DNA of 64,000 nt from Eubacteriales bacterium (GTDB taxonomy: Bacteria; Bacillota; Clostridia; Oscillospirales; CAG-272): positions 1,112 to 65,111 of the forward strand of contig JAZTXP010000069.1 in NCBI GenBank assembly GCA_045636465.1. Reading direction: 5' to 3'. Position numbers and translations under genes: made by a program. How positions within the stretch are numbered: the stretch's first letter is position 1; the number at the start of each line of letters is the position of its first letter. The notes below the pieces were generated by a model. That model saw only the letters and a list, made by a program, of their open reading frames with translations. It searched no databases and was not told where the DNA came from. Positions 31,273 through 41,110 of this stretch are shown here, one piece after another.

Positions 31273-32295
31273 TTATACACTTCCTTTTCGTTTTTTAGGT
31301 TCGGCGGTGAATTTTTTAGCATTCACTTCTTTTTCATAGGTATCGTAAGCATTGATGATCTTTCTCACAAGATGATGGCGAACCACGTCTCTGTCTGTAA
31401 ATCTGAAAATGCCGATTCCATCTATGTTTTCGAGTATTTTCGATGCTACGGAAAGACCGCTCTTTTTTCCAAAGGGAAGATCGGTCTGGGAAAGGTCTCC
31501 GGTAACCACGGCCTTGGAATTGTATCCAAGACGGGTTAAGAACATTTTCATCTGCTCCATGGTTGTATTCTGCGCTTCATCGAGAATGATGAAGGAATCG
31601 TCAAGAGTTCTTCCTCGCATATATGCAAGAGGGGCTATCTCGATAGTTCCTCGTTCCATGTGGCGGGCATAGTTCTCTGCTCCAAGCATTTCGAAAAGCG
31701 CATCGTAAAGGGGGCGCAGATAGGGATCGATCTTGCTTTGAAGATCGCCCGGCAAAAATCCAAGGCGCTCGCCTGCTTCAACGGCAGGTCGGGTGAGAAT
31801 TATCCTGGACACGGATTTGTTTCGGAGTGCCTCTACCGCCATTGCCACGGCAAGGAATGTCTTACCTGTTCCTGCAGGTCCGAGGCCGAGAACGATGGTA
31901 TTTTTCTTTATAACCTCAATATATTTCTTTTGGCCTAAGGTTTTTGCCTTTATGGGCTTGCCTCTGTTTGTTACGCAGATAACGTCATTCGTAAAGCCCT
32001 CTGGGATATCCTCTGTTCCGTCCTTAACGAGGCCGAGGACGTATTCCACGCTTTCTTCACCTATAGTTTCGCCGGCACCGCTCATCCGCTTAAGATATTC
32101 GAGAGTCTTTCTTGCCTTCTCAGCGCTGTCAGAATCTCCCGTAATCACGATAGCATCCCCTGAATCGGTGTTTGCATTTCTATTTGAGATTCTCACGTCA
32201 AACGCGTTTTCGATCTTCTTGACATTAGAATCGAATGCCCCGAAAATTGCAGAGGTGGATTCATTTGAATTTGTTAAAACTATTTTTTCCGTCAT
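31273..32295 (-). CDS. phoH: PhoH-like ATPase module, possible independent translation from an internal start
   Basis: ATG 32295 is preceded by GAGGAA at 6 nt. The product length is then typical for PhoH (about 340 aa). Confidence 0.6.
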   Translation of the reverse strand: MTEKIVLTNSNESTSAIFGAFDSNVKKIENAFDVRISNRNANTDSGDAIVITGDSDSAEKARKTLEYLKRMSGAGETIGEESVEYVLGLVKDGTEDIPEGFTNDVICVTNRGKPIKAKTLGQKKYIEVIKKNTIVLGLGPAGTGKTFLAVAMAVEALRNKSVSRIILTRPAVEAGERLGFLPGDLQSKIDPYLRPLYDALFEMLGAENYARHMERGTIEIAPLAYMRGRTLDDSFIILDEAQNTTMEQMKMFLTRLGYNSKAVVTGDLSQTDLPFGKKSGLSVASKILENIDGIGIFRFTDRDVVRHHLVRKIINAYDTYEKEVNAKKFTAEPKKRKGSV

Positions 32296-33477
32296 ATTAT
32301 TCCTCATTTTTTCATCTACAAAAAATTCAGCAGTTTCCGAAACCGAGCATGAGTACACGAGCTCCGAAATCATTTCATATCCCTCATCGGTAAATCTACC
32401 GTATGTTTTAATAGAATTCAAATCAACATCCGAAAGCTTATCATGCACTAAAGCGGTCATCTTATGTGACGCCTCGCGCACCAATTCCTCGTCAGTCGCC
32501 TCATAATGCGCCTCTCTATACTCAAGACGGTATTCCTTGATGATTTCAAGCGGTAATTTTCTGCCGCTTCGGATGGAGATTTGATTTTTTTCTTCTATTA
32601 TATCACATTCCGGATCTAAATTTCCATATTTTTTAAAAATATTTATCGAAAAATTAAATATTTTTATTTTTAAGGAGTTGATTGCTATGTTTTCGATGCT
32701 TTTTTGACTCTTTTCTCTCAATGCAACGGTGCTTACAGTGGTATTTACTCTGCCGATAACATCTCCCTCTGCGCTACAAAAGCGACTTTCTTCGCCGTTT
32801 GCATTTACACCGAGTATCAAGAGATCGCCTTTGGTAACCGCATCACCTACCTTGATTGCGGGTGTACCAGATTCCACACTTATGTACTCGATAATGCAAT
32901 CTTCCTTAGCAACTATGTTTGAATACTCAGGTTTCTCGGGATTTTTCAAGACTCCCTTCTCTGTTTCCTTGATGGAAACGTATGCAACAGTTCCGCTTCT
33001 GTTGATATTTATCCAACCAACGTCACCTCGCATATTAAGAAATCCGCTTTCCACTTCTCCAAGATCTATATTGGTCCACATATTACCGATATACAGACCG
33101 CATTTTTCGAGATCTGAAATTATGGATGAATCGCCAATGCTTTCGTTGCCTTCTACTTCAATACACCAAACTATGTTTGAAAGAAATATCACAATTATAA
33201 AGGTAAAAATCAAGGCAGAAGTAATAACAATTGTTCGTTTTATGTCCTTATCGGCCTTTAAGATTCTACGCTCGCGGGATATCGCAAAATTTATATTTGC
33301 GCCCGATAATACACGCTTTGCATCTTCGAATTGTTGGTACAAAATGATTATTGTATTCTCGCTTTTTAACTCAGCGCGAATACCGAATTTTAAGAACTTA
33401 GTAAATATTTTGCTAAAATCATCGGGGTCCACCTTGATCTCAACAAATCCAAGTATATAATAATCGATATTATACAT
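31273..33477 (-). CDS. Continuous 734-codon ORF: YqfD-like sporulation protein (aa 1-390) fused in frame to a PhoH-like ATPase (aa 391-734)
   Basis: The N-terminal part has the YqfD layout (one TM at about aa 85-105, and it follows yqfC). The C-terminal part has PhoH motifs (GPAGTGKTFLAVAMAV, DEAQN). No stop codon separates them in this sequence. Confidence 0.75.
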   Translation of the reverse strand: MYNIDYYILGFVEIKVDPDDFSKIFTKFLKFGIRAELKSENTIIILYQQFEDAKRVLSGANINFAISRERRILKADKDIKRTIVITSALIFTFIIVIFLSNIVWCIEVEGNESIGDSSIISDLEKCGLYIGNMWTNIDLGEVESGFLNMRGDVGWININRSGTVAYVSIKETEKGVLKNPEKPEYSNIVAKEDCIIEYISVESGTPAIKVGDAVTKGDLLILGVNANGEESRFCSAEGDVIGRVNTTVSTVALREKSQKSIENIAINSLKIKIFNFSINIFKKYGNLDPECDIIEEKNQISIRSGRKLPLEIIKEYRLEYREAHYEATDEELVREASHKMTALVHDKLSDVDLNSIKTYGRFTDEGYEMISELVYSCSVSETAEFFVDEKMRNNMTEKIVLTNSNESTSAIFGAFDSNVKKIENAFDVRISNRNANTDSGDAIVITGDSDSAEKARKTLEYLKRMSGAGETIGEESVEYVLGLVKDGTEDIPEGFTNDVICVTNRGKPIKAKTLGQKKYIEVIKKNTIVLGLGPAGTGKTFLAVAMAVEALRNKSVSRIILTRPAVEAGERLGFLPGDLQSKIDPYLRPLYDALFEMLGAENYARHMERGTIEIAPLAYMRGRTLDDSFIILDEAQNTTMEQMKMFLTRLGYNSKAVVTGDLSQTDLPFGKKSGLSVASKILENIDGIGIFRFTDRDVVRHHLVRKIINAYDTYEKEVNAKKFTAEPKKRKGSV

Positions 33478-33751
33478 TAATTATTTTTATATCCTCCACT
33501 GCCCCTGTTATTTCAAGAGTGTTATGCTCGAGAATGTTGATCAGAATTTTCTCACCGATTATCCGCAGCTTCATTCCGTGACATTTCACCGTTACTCCGC
33601 ACGTATCTACTTCACTGACACCTATTGCGCCAACAATGATCATACGAGCTCCGCCTGCCTTTGGTTGAACCTCAAAATACGGTGATGAAATCATCTGCTT
33701 TATAAATTCCTTGCTTCTGTTTTTTTCCTTCGTTTTTGTCATTGAACGCAT
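33470..33751 (-). CDS. yqfC: Sporulation protein YqfC
   Basis: 93 aa with ...GVSEVDTCGVTVKCHGMKLRIIGEKILINILEHNTLEITG.... It sits immediately upstream of yqfD and overlaps it by 8 nt. Confidence 0.85.
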   Translation of the reverse strand: MRSMTKTKEKNRSKEFIKQMISSPYFEVQPKAGGARMIIVGAIGVSEVDTCGVTVKCHGMKLRIIGEKILINILEHNTLEITGAVEDIKIINV

Positions 33752-33792
33752 GCTCCTAACATATTTCTATATTAAACTTATGTAAAAAGAGG

Positions 33793-34737
33793 ATGAAAAT
33801 GAACTTATCAATCAGCAAAACAAATATTAAAGCAAAAAGCAAAAATAATTTTCTTGCTTTGTTGGTGTTTTCAATAAGTGCCATAATGATAATAATGAAA
33901 CAGGCATTAGTCAAAAATGCCATTGAAATGTCACTAAAGATTTGCATATCGACCATAATACCGTCCGTTTTTCCCTTTATGATACTTTCGGACTATCTTA
34001 TATGCAACTTTACAATTAGCAATGATTCAAAACCATCAAGACTGCTATGTAAGCTTTTTTCCATAAATCCATCAGGCCTTCTCCCGTTTTTAATAGGTAA
34101 TATTTGCGGTTTCCCTCTTGGAGCGCAGATGGCTACAAAGCTTTACGAAAAGAAGCACATGAAACGGGAGGAATATGAAAGGCTTATACCGTTGTGCAGC
34201 AATCCTTCCCTTGCATTTATAATATCAGGCGTGGGAATGGGAATGCGGGGATCGTTAAAAGAAGGCCTGGTTTTATATATCTCTGTTGTTTTATCGACTA
34301 TTGTAACTGGTGTTATATGGCGAAATAAGAATTCTGCTTCGTATTTTCATGGAATTTCAGAAGATAGATCATTTTCAATGACAGAATCCATAAGATCTGC
34401 AGCAATGTCTTCTATATACATATCTACCTATATAGTTTTCTTTTCTATATTGATTGCATTGGTAAAATCGCTTGGAATGCCGAAGCTTGTTACATTGGCA
34501 GTTGCATCATTCTTGGAGATAGGCAATGCTGCATCAATTATATCACAGGCAGACATAGGCTATCTATCCTTGCCCCTTACTGCTTTTTCTCTTGCCTTTT
34601 CGGGTTTATCCGTATATATGCAAATTGCGTGTTTTTCTGCAGTAAAAGGATGGAACAAGTATTATATGAAAATCAAATTTACCGAAGGTGTGATTGCTTT
34701 TATTGTTACATTTGTGTTGTTGCTGCTGATTAGATAA
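33793..34737 (+). CDS. ylbJ: YlbJ-like sporulation integral membrane protein (nucleoside-recognition/Gate domain)
   Basis: IIPSVFPFMILSDYLI and CSNPSLAFIISGVG segments resemble B. subtilis YlbJ, with about 8 TM segments. The start is uncertain. Confidence 0.65.
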   Translation: MKMNLSISKTNIKAKSKNNFLALLVFSISAIMIIMKQALVKNAIEMSLKICISTIIPSVFPFMILSDYLICNFTISNDSKPSRLLCKLFSINPSGLLPFLIGNICGFPLGAQMATKLYEKKHMKREEYERLIPLCSNPSLAFIISGVGMGMRGSLKEGLVLYISVVLSTIVTGVIWRNKNSASYFHGISEDRSFSMTESIRSAAMSSIYISTYIVFFSILIALVKSLGMPKLVTLAVASFLEIGNAASIISQADIGYLSLPLTAFSLAFSGLSVYMQIACFSAVKGWNKYYMKIKFTEGVIAFIVTFVLLLLIR

Positions 34738-34810
34738 GTCATTACATTGTTATATGCAATGCAAAAGCTTCTTTTAATCGATATATATCCGTATTTAAAC
34801 TATATCAAAC

Positions 34811-34845
34811 AAAAAATGCCGCCCATAAAAGAGCGGCATTTTTCG
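34811..34845. terminator. Bidirectional terminator between ylbJ and the PEPCK gene
   Basis: AAAAAATGCCGC ... GCGGCATTTTT. Confidence 0.75.
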
Positions 34846-34903
34846 CATTAAAAGTTCTGGTTTTATAATAAATGTTGGGGTGAGGTTTAACTTTTTTTGA
34901 AAA

Positions 34904-36697
34904 TTACTTTGCAAGTCTTGCCTCGAGAGCTTCAAGCTCACCGTAAAGCTCTGCAGGAACTCTTTCGCCAACCTGAGCGTAGAATTCTCTGATACCCTTG
35001 CAATCCTCAAGCCAAAGCTCCTTATCAACATCAAGGAGACCTTCAAGAGTTTCTCTTGTGATATCAAGACCTTCGAGGTTGATATCCTCTGCGTGAGGAA
35101 CATAACCGATAGGTGTCTCTACTGCGTCAACATTACCTTCGCAACGGTCAAGGATCCAAAGAAGAACTCTCATGTTATCACCGAAGCCGGGCCAGATGAA
35201 GTGACCTTCAGAATCGGTTCTGAACCAGTTAACATGGAAGATCTTAGGAGCGTTGGAGATATTCTTGCCCATATTAAGCCAGTGTGCCCAATAGTCACCC
35301 ATATCGTAACCAACGAAGGGACGCATAGCCATAGGATCGCGGCGAACAACGCCTACCGCACCTGCAGCAGCTGCTGTTGTCTCAGATGCCATAATAGAAC
35401 CAACAAAGGTACCGTGCTGCCAGCTTGTGGACTGATATACGAGGGGAGCAGTCTTTGCGCGACGGCCGCCGAATACGATGGCAGAAATAGGAACACCTGC
35501 AGGATCGCTAAACTTATCGGAGATACAAGGACAATTTTCAGCCATTGCGGTGAATCTGGAGTTAGGATGAGCACCGGAGGTGTTAACCTTATCAGCCTTG
35601 TTATACTTGGTGTAATCCCACTTTTCACCCTTCCAGTTAAGCGCGTTAACGGGAGGATTGTCGTTAAGACCTTCCCACCAAACGGTATTGTCATCAAGAT
35701 TATGACAAACGTTTGTGAAGATACAGTTCTTCATAGATGTATGGAGAGCGTTGGGGTTAGAATGCTCGTTGGTACCGGGAGCAACACCGAAGAAGCCGTT
35801 CTCGGGGTTAACTGCCCAGAGTCTACCATCCTGACCAACTCTGAGCCAAGCAATATCGTCACCTACGCACCAAACCTTATATCCCTTCTTCTTATAAATT
35901 TCGGGAGGAATAAGCATAGCAAGATTGGTCTTGCCGCAAGCGGAGGGGAATGCGGCACTGATGTACTTGATCTCTCCATTGGGATATTCAACGCCAAGGA
36001 TAAGCATATGTTCTGCCATCCAGCCCTCCTTGCGACCAAGGTAAGACGCAATTCTGAGCGCGAAGCACTTCTTACCGAGAAGAACGTTTCCACCGTAGCC
36101 GGAGTTTACAGACCAGATAGTGTTATCCTCAGGGAAATGACAAATGTATCTCTTCTCCTCGTCAATATCTGCTCTTGCGTGAAGACCCTTAATGAAATCG
36201 GGGCTATCGCCGAGAGCCTCAAGAACGTTTGTTCCAACTCTTGTCATAATGAGCATATTAAGAACTACGTAAATGGAGTCGGTAAGCTCGATACCGTACT
36301 TAGCGAAGTCGGAGCCTACTACAGACATAGAATAAGGAATTACGTACATAGGTTTACCTGCGTAAGAGCCCTCGTAAAGCTTAGAAAGCTTAGAATAGCA
36401 CTCAGCGGGGTCCATCCAGTTATTGATGTTACCTGCATCCTCTTTCTTGCTGGTGCAGATGAAGGTACGGTTCTCAACTCTGGCAACGTCGTTGATAGCG
36501 GTTCTGTGAAGATAGCAACCGGGCAAAACATCCTGATTGAGCTTGATAATCTCGCCTGTGGAGCAAGCTTCCTTACGAAGCTCTTCTGCCTGAGCATCGG
36601 TGCCATCAATGAGAATGATCTCAGAGGGCTTAACCATTTTTGCCATTTCAGCAATCCACTCATTTACAAAACGATTGTTAGTAACATTTGTGTTCAT
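34904..36697 (-). CDS. pck: Phosphoenolpyruvate carboxykinase (GTP)
   Basis: About 597 aa with FPSACGKTN (kinase-1a) and other GTP-PEPCK family motifs throughout. Confidence 0.93.
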   Translation of the reverse strand: MNTNVTNNRFVNEWIAEMAKMVKPSEIILIDGTDAQAEELRKEACSTGEIIKLNQDVLPGCYLHRTAINDVARVENRTFICTSKKEDAGNINNWMDPAECYSKLSKLYEGSYAGKPMYVIPYSMSVVGSDFAKYGIELTDSIYVVLNMLIMTRVGTNVLEALGDSPDFIKGLHARADIDEEKRYICHFPEDNTIWSVNSGYGGNVLLGKKCFALRIASYLGRKEGWMAEHMLILGVEYPNGEIKYISAAFPSACGKTNLAMLIPPEIYKKKGYKVWCVGDDIAWLRVGQDGRLWAVNPENGFFGVAPGTNEHSNPNALHTSMKNCIFTNVCHNLDDNTVWWEGLNDNPPVNALNWKGEKWDYTKYNKADKVNTSGAHPNSRFTAMAENCPCISDKFSDPAGVPISAIVFGGRRAKTAPLVYQSTSWQHGTFVGSIMASETTAAAAGAVGVVRRDPMAMRPFVGYDMGDYWAHWLNMGKNISNAPKIFHVNWFRTDSEGHFIWPGFGDNMRVLLWILDRCEGNVDAVETPIGYVPHAEDINLEGLDITRETLEGLLDVDKELWLEDCKGIREFYAQVGERVPAELYGELEALEARLAK

Positions 36698-37167
36698 AAA
36701 TTTATCTCCTAATCATAAAATTATATTCTGTTTATTGTAAAAGTCGAAAAAATTCCCAACTTTTCACATATACATTATATCATAATATGAATGTTATTTC
36801 AATAACAAAAATCAATTTTTATTTTTTTATTGTTAATTTTTTGTTAAAGTATGAATTAAGTTCATATATATATGTTTAAGACTTCTCATCCTCAAGTCTT
36901 TCTTTGTCATAATGCGCCCGATCGAAAACAATCTCATGAAAAGATACTAATCCTCCTTTTGACGGAAATTATAATATTTTGTCGCTTGCCGTCGAAAAAA
37001 GATATTTTTCGCGCAGAATTGGTAATTTTTACCATTTTTTAACATAAATTTTTGGTTATTTTTTCGCTAATTTACATCTTGATTTTACAACTTATTTGTG
37101 ATACAATTATGTTACATCAGTTTTTACCATTTTTTACCATTTTACATCAAACAAAGGAGAAAGAAAC

Positions 37168-37938
37168 ATGGAAGTAAACACAAAAATACTGATTTGTGAC
37201 GAAAATAGCGAAGAAAGGAGACAGCTCGCCAACGATCTGACAAGACTTGGATACCGTTACGTAGAGCAAGCCGCAAACGGAGATGACGCGATTACGCTTC
37301 TCGAAAAGAATGCCTACGACATAGTTATTGTGGATCTCTGGATATCCGGAGTAGACGGTATTGGTATTATACGCGCAAAGAATAATCTTGGATTTAAGAG
37401 CATACCAAAATTCATTCTTACATCACCTATTAACAAGCAAAGCGTTCTGCTTGAAGCATCTGAGGCCGGCGCAGACGTATGCTTATTGAAGCCCTTCGAT
37501 ATATCGTCAATTGCCGGTCATATAGAAGCGCTTGTCAAGCAACACGCAAAGTCCACCAGTGCTACTTCAAATCCTTATGCAGATATGGAGGCACAGGTTA
37601 CAAAGATTATTCATCAAATCGGTGTTCCTGCGCACATTAAGGGATATCAATATCTGCGCTCGGCAATTTTAATGACAATAGACGATAACGAAATAATTAA
37701 CTCTGTAACAAAGGTGCTATACCCCACCGTTGCCAAAAAGTATCAAACCACGACTTCGAGAGTTGAACGCGCTATACGTCATGCCATAGAGGTAGCTTGG
37801 GATCGAGGAGATGTTGATACGCTTAACTCATACTTCGGTTATACTATACATAATTCCCGCGGGAAGCCAACAAACAGTGAATTCATCGCAATGATAGCCG
37901 ACAATCTCAGACTTAAGTATAAGGGATGTACTGTTTGA
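37168..37938 (+). CDS. spo0A: Sporulation master regulator Spo0A
   Basis: Receiver domain plus the diagnostic C-terminal effector motifs [16 protein letters not shown] and [17 protein letters not shown] is AAGGAGA. Confidence 0.97.
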   Translation: MEVNTKILICDENSEERRQLANDLTRLGYRYVEQAANGDDAITLLEKNAYDIVIVDLWISGVDGIGIIRAKNNLGFKSIPKFILTSPINKQSVLLEASEAGADVCLLKPFDISSIAGHIEALVKQHAKSTSATSNPYADMEAQVTKIIHQIGVPAHIKGYQYLRSAILMTIDDNEIINSVTKVLYPTVAKKYQTTTSRVERAIRHAIEVAWDRGDVDTLNSYFGYTIHNSRGKPTNSEFIAMIADNLRLKYKGCTV

Positions 37939-38012
37939 TCAGTTTCAATACCGTAAAAAATGCAAAAGGCTAGCCGAGAAAAAGGCTAGCCTTAGGTTGG
38001 TACTATAGAATT

Positions 38013-38624
38013 TTAGTCATTGTTGTAATAACGACGGCCCTCAAGAGCTATACGAAGCGTTACCGCATCGGTATACTCAATGTCGCCGCCCACGGGGATT
38101 CCGTACGCCAGCCTTGAAACCTTGACGTCGTAGGACTTCAACAGCTTTGCAAGATATGTGGCAGTGGTATCACCGCCAGGAGTCAGATTAGTAGCAATTA
38201 CGATCTCCGATATATCTTCCTTCTCTACTCTTTCAATAAGCTCAGCGATATTAAGATCGTCTGGAGTAACATTATCAATAGGAGAAAGCGTTCCCCCAAG
38301 AACGTGATAAACGCCCTTGAATCCGCGTATCTTCTCCATGGTAATTATATCCTTCGCGTTTTCAACCACGCAAATGAGAGATTTGTCTCTCATTTCGGAC
38401 TGACAAATATCGCATTCGCCGTTTTTATCTGTCAATCCACGGCAGGTGGGACAGATAAATACGTCGCGCTTTACACCGTTGATAGAATCGGCAAAACGGG
38501 CTGCCTCATCATCTGTGAGGCTAAGAACCGAGAAAGCAAACCTCGCAGCGGTTTTTGAACCAACACCGGGAAGCCTGCGGAATTCCTCAATAAGTCTTTG
38601 AATAGGTGCTATATATTCAGCCAT
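38013..38624 (-). CDS. recR: Recombination protein RecR
   Basis: LPGVGSKTAARFAF HhH motif, Cys4 zinc finger (CPTC...CDIC) and TOPRIM domain. Confidence 0.95.
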   Translation of the reverse strand: MAEYIAPIQRLIEEFRRLPGVGSKTAARFAFSVLSLTDDEAARFADSINGVKRDVFICPTCRGLTDKNGECDICQSEMRDKSLICVVENAKDIITMEKIRGFKGVYHVLGGTLSPIDNVTPDDLNIAELIERVEKEDISEIVIATNLTPGGDTTATYLAKLLKSYDVKVSRLAYGIPVGGDIEYTDAVTLRIALEGRRYYNND

Positions 38625-38625
38625 A

Positions 38626-38973
38626 TCAGAACATTCCGGGAAGGTTCATATTACCGGTGATCTGTCCCATTTCTGCAGAGGAAACAGATTCTACCTTCTT
38701 TATTGCTTCGTTAACTGCGGCTACGATGAGATCCTCAAGTGTTTCGATATCATCGGGATCTACAATTTCTTCGGCAAGCTTAACAGAAAGAATTTCCTTT
38801 TTGCCGTTGATCTTAACATTAACTACTCCACCGCCGGCTGATATATCGTACTCGCGTTCTTCAAGCTCTGCCTGTTTAGCAGCCATTTCCTCCTGCATCT
38901 TCTGCGCCTGCTTAAGCATGGACTGCATATTCGAGGGGCCACCGCCTAATCCCTGAGGTAATTTAACTTTCAT
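38626..38973 (-). CDS. Nucleoid-associated protein YbaB/EbfC
   Basis: MQSMLKQAQKMQEEM... typical of YbaB, sitting between dnaX and recR. Confidence 0.92.
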   Translation of the reverse strand: MKVKLPQGLGGGPSNMQSMLKQAQKMQEEMAAKQAELEEREYDISAGGGVVNVKINGKKEILSVKLAEEIVDPDDIETLEDLIVAAVNEAIKKVESVSSAEMGQITGNMNLPGMF

Positions 38974-39012
38974 TGTTATTGTCTCTCCTTTATATTAACA
39001 TTTATTTAATTA

Positions 39013-40587
39013 TCAGAATGAATCTAAGTCAGAAAAAGAGGAAGTACTCTTGGTTTCCAAAAGCTTTAGCTCGATAACAATTTTTTCTCTCGGTTCTTTT
39101 TCCTTTTCAGCAATCAAGCCACGAATAAGCTCAATATCGTTTTTATTTCCTGAGAGTATATTGCAGAATACGGGATTGAGATATATCGTGAACGTATTAC
39201 CCATTCTGTACACCTTGGAAGATGAAAGACCGCTTTTGAGCGAATGCTTAAGCTCGGAAATTCTTTCAAGAATATAACCCCAAGAAGAATAATTCTGCTC
39301 CTTATTATCTACCGTTTTTTCTTTTTTATCATTATTAGCCGGCACTGCTTTTTCTTTTTCTACCTTAGCGGCAGGCGAGGTCTTAGCCGTATTGACAGGC
39401 TCGCTTACAGTGACCATAGGAACGCCTAGCTTCATCATAGAAATGCTTTTTTCAAGCTCCTCCACTCTTAAGGCGAGTGACTCAATACTTGTTACTGTTT
39501 TGGCATCGCACATACGGGTGAGGGCTATCTCTGCTATGCTTCGCTTTGAATTAAAGGCGCGTTGCATATCCGCCATAGCGGATTCGAGTATAGTGATATG
39601 ATAAGACAGCTTCGCCATAGAAAACGATTGGGCAACAGAGGATATTGCCGAATACTCCATATCTGTGAGGTCAAGATATTTCTGAGCATTTACACAGTTC
39701 TTCATTACCATTATATCACGATAGGTGTCAATTATCTCCTGCCAGAATACCGATAGGTCTCCGCTCTTCATTACAATATCATCAATTATCGAATACACAG
39801 TATCAAAATCCGAAGCACCAACCGCTCCGACTATCTTATACGCACTCTCGCGATTTCCGCTTCCAACGGTATCGAATACAAGTCGCTCGTCTATCTCCCT
39901 ACGCGCACCTGAACAGAGTTCAAGAAGGCTTATAGCATCTCTCATACCGCCTCTGGAAATTCTGGCAATTACTCTTGCAGCATCCCGAGTAAGCTTGATC
40001 CCTTCAGCATCTGCAATCTCAAAGAGGCGCTTAACTATCACATCGGACGAGATTCGCTTGAAATCAAATCTCTGACATCTGGAAACAATAGTGGTGGGCA
40101 ACTTATTATACTCTGTTGTAGCAAGAATAAATATTACGTATTCGGGAGGCTCTTCAAGCGTCTTTAAGAGAGCATTAAATGCCTGGCCAGACATCATATG
40201 AACCTCGTCTATGATATACACTCTGTATTTAAGCAATGCCGGAGTAAAGGATATTTCATCCTGCATATCTCTGACGTCATTTATTCCGTTGTTGCTTGCC
40301 GCATCCATTTCAATAACGTCCATTGAAACGCCTGAAAGGATGGAACGGCAGGATTCACACTCGTTACAGGGATTGCCATCCTTGAGATTCAGACAGTTGA
40401 CCGCGCGAGCCAAAATTTTGGCGCAGCTTGTCTTACCCGTTCCCCTGGAACCGCAAAAAAGATAGGCATGGGAAAGTTTATTATTTTTTACTTCATATTT
40501 GAGTATATCGGTAATACCGTCCTGGCCATATACCTCGTTGAAGTCTCGCGAACGCCATTTTCTGTATAACGCTTTATAATCAGACAT
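39013..40587 (-). CDS. dnaX: DNA polymerase III subunits gamma/tau
   Basis: HAYLFCGSRGTGKTSCAKILA, zinc module CNECESC, and DEVHMMS. Confidence 0.95.
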   Translation of the reverse strand: MSDYKALYRKWRSRDFNEVYGQDGITDILKYEVKNNKLSHAYLFCGSRGTGKTSCAKILARAVNCLNLKDGNPCNECESCRSILSGVSMDVIEMDAASNNGINDVRDMQDEISFTPALLKYRVYIIDEVHMMSGQAFNALLKTLEEPPEYVIFILATTEYNKLPTTIVSRCQRFDFKRISSDVIVKRLFEIADAEGIKLTRDAARVIARISRGGMRDAISLLELCSGARREIDERLVFDTVGSGNRESAYKIVGAVGASDFDTVYSIIDDIVMKSGDLSVFWQEIIDTYRDIMVMKNCVNAQKYLDLTDMEYSAISSVAQSFSMAKLSYHITILESAMADMQRAFNSKRSIAEIALTRMCDAKTVTSIESLALRVEELEKSISMMKLGVPMVTVSEPVNTAKTSPAAKVEKEKAVPANNDKKEKTVDNKEQNYSSWGYILERISELKHSLKSGLSSSKVYRMGNTFTIYLNPVFCNILSGNKNDIELIRGLIAEKEKEPREKIVIELKLLETKSTSSFSDLDSF

Positions 40588-40654
40588 CTATCCCTCCAAA
40601 ACAAAAAAGCCCGCAGCGGTACACAATGGTAGATCCGCATACGCGCCATTTTAC

Positions 40655-40975
40655 ACACTCCATGTGTCGGATAGAGCCATACACCTAAATTTCGATAATA
40701 CCCTTACATACGGTAACAATTACGTTTGCTCCAAACAGGCACCCCTACGGCACACGCGATAAACCGCTTAATGCTGCTTGGTTCCCCACCTGACATGGTT
40801 CACAGCCTCACGTTGCGTAAGACCCATTTTTCAACACAAACAATAAAAGTGCAGACTACACAAGAATAAACCTTAAAAAAGGAATGGACCCCTGCTATAG
40901 CGGATTTCAGGTACAAGGCACCGCTACCGCCCCGGCTGGTATGGCTCCACCCGACACACGGAATCTTTATATCAA
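40655..40975 (-). ncRNA. ffs: Signal recognition particle RNA, long Bacillus type (Alu domain plus S domain)
   Basis: The minus strand contains GGTAGCGGTGCCTTGTACCTGAAATCCGCTATAGCAGGGG (Alu-domain core as in B. subtilis scRNA). It also contains GAACCATGTCAGGTGGGGAACCAAGCAGCATTAAG (helix-8 SRP54-binding motif). The 5' CGTGTGTCGGGTGGAGCCATAC pairs with the 3' GTATGGCTCTATCCGACACATG. The position upstream of dnaX is conserved. The ends are approximate. Confidence 0.85.
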
Positions 40976-40982
40976 CGTTACT

Positions 40983-41011
40983 ATTATAGCAGAATATTTT
41001 CAAAAATGCAA
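40983..41011 (-). promoter_or_regulatory. Sigma-A promoter of the SRP RNA
   Basis: Minus strand: TTGCAT, 17-nt spacer, TATAAT. Confidence 0.65.
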
Positions 41012-41060
41012 TAGATATTTTAAAAATTTGTAATTTGTTCAAATATTATTTTTTATACCG

Positions 41061-41089
41061 TTGACAAAATCAAATAAAATCAGTATAAT
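41061..41089 (+). promoter_or_regulatory. Perfect-consensus sigma-A promoter for the 232-aa winged-helix gene
   Basis: TTGACA (41061-41066), 17-nt spacer, TATAAT (41084-41089). Confidence 0.7.
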
Positions 41090-41110
41090 TTTACTTAGGA
41101 GGAAGCGCCT

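Noticed and set aside
31793-33460. 237-aa and 243-aa plus-strand ORFs
   Set aside because: They are antisense to the yqfD-phoH frame and look like Ser/Phe/Ile-rich shadow ORFs.
35093-36712. 539-aa plus-strand ORF
   Set aside because: It is antisense to the GTP-PEPCK gene over its full length, with no SD and no recognisable motif. It is a shadow ORF.
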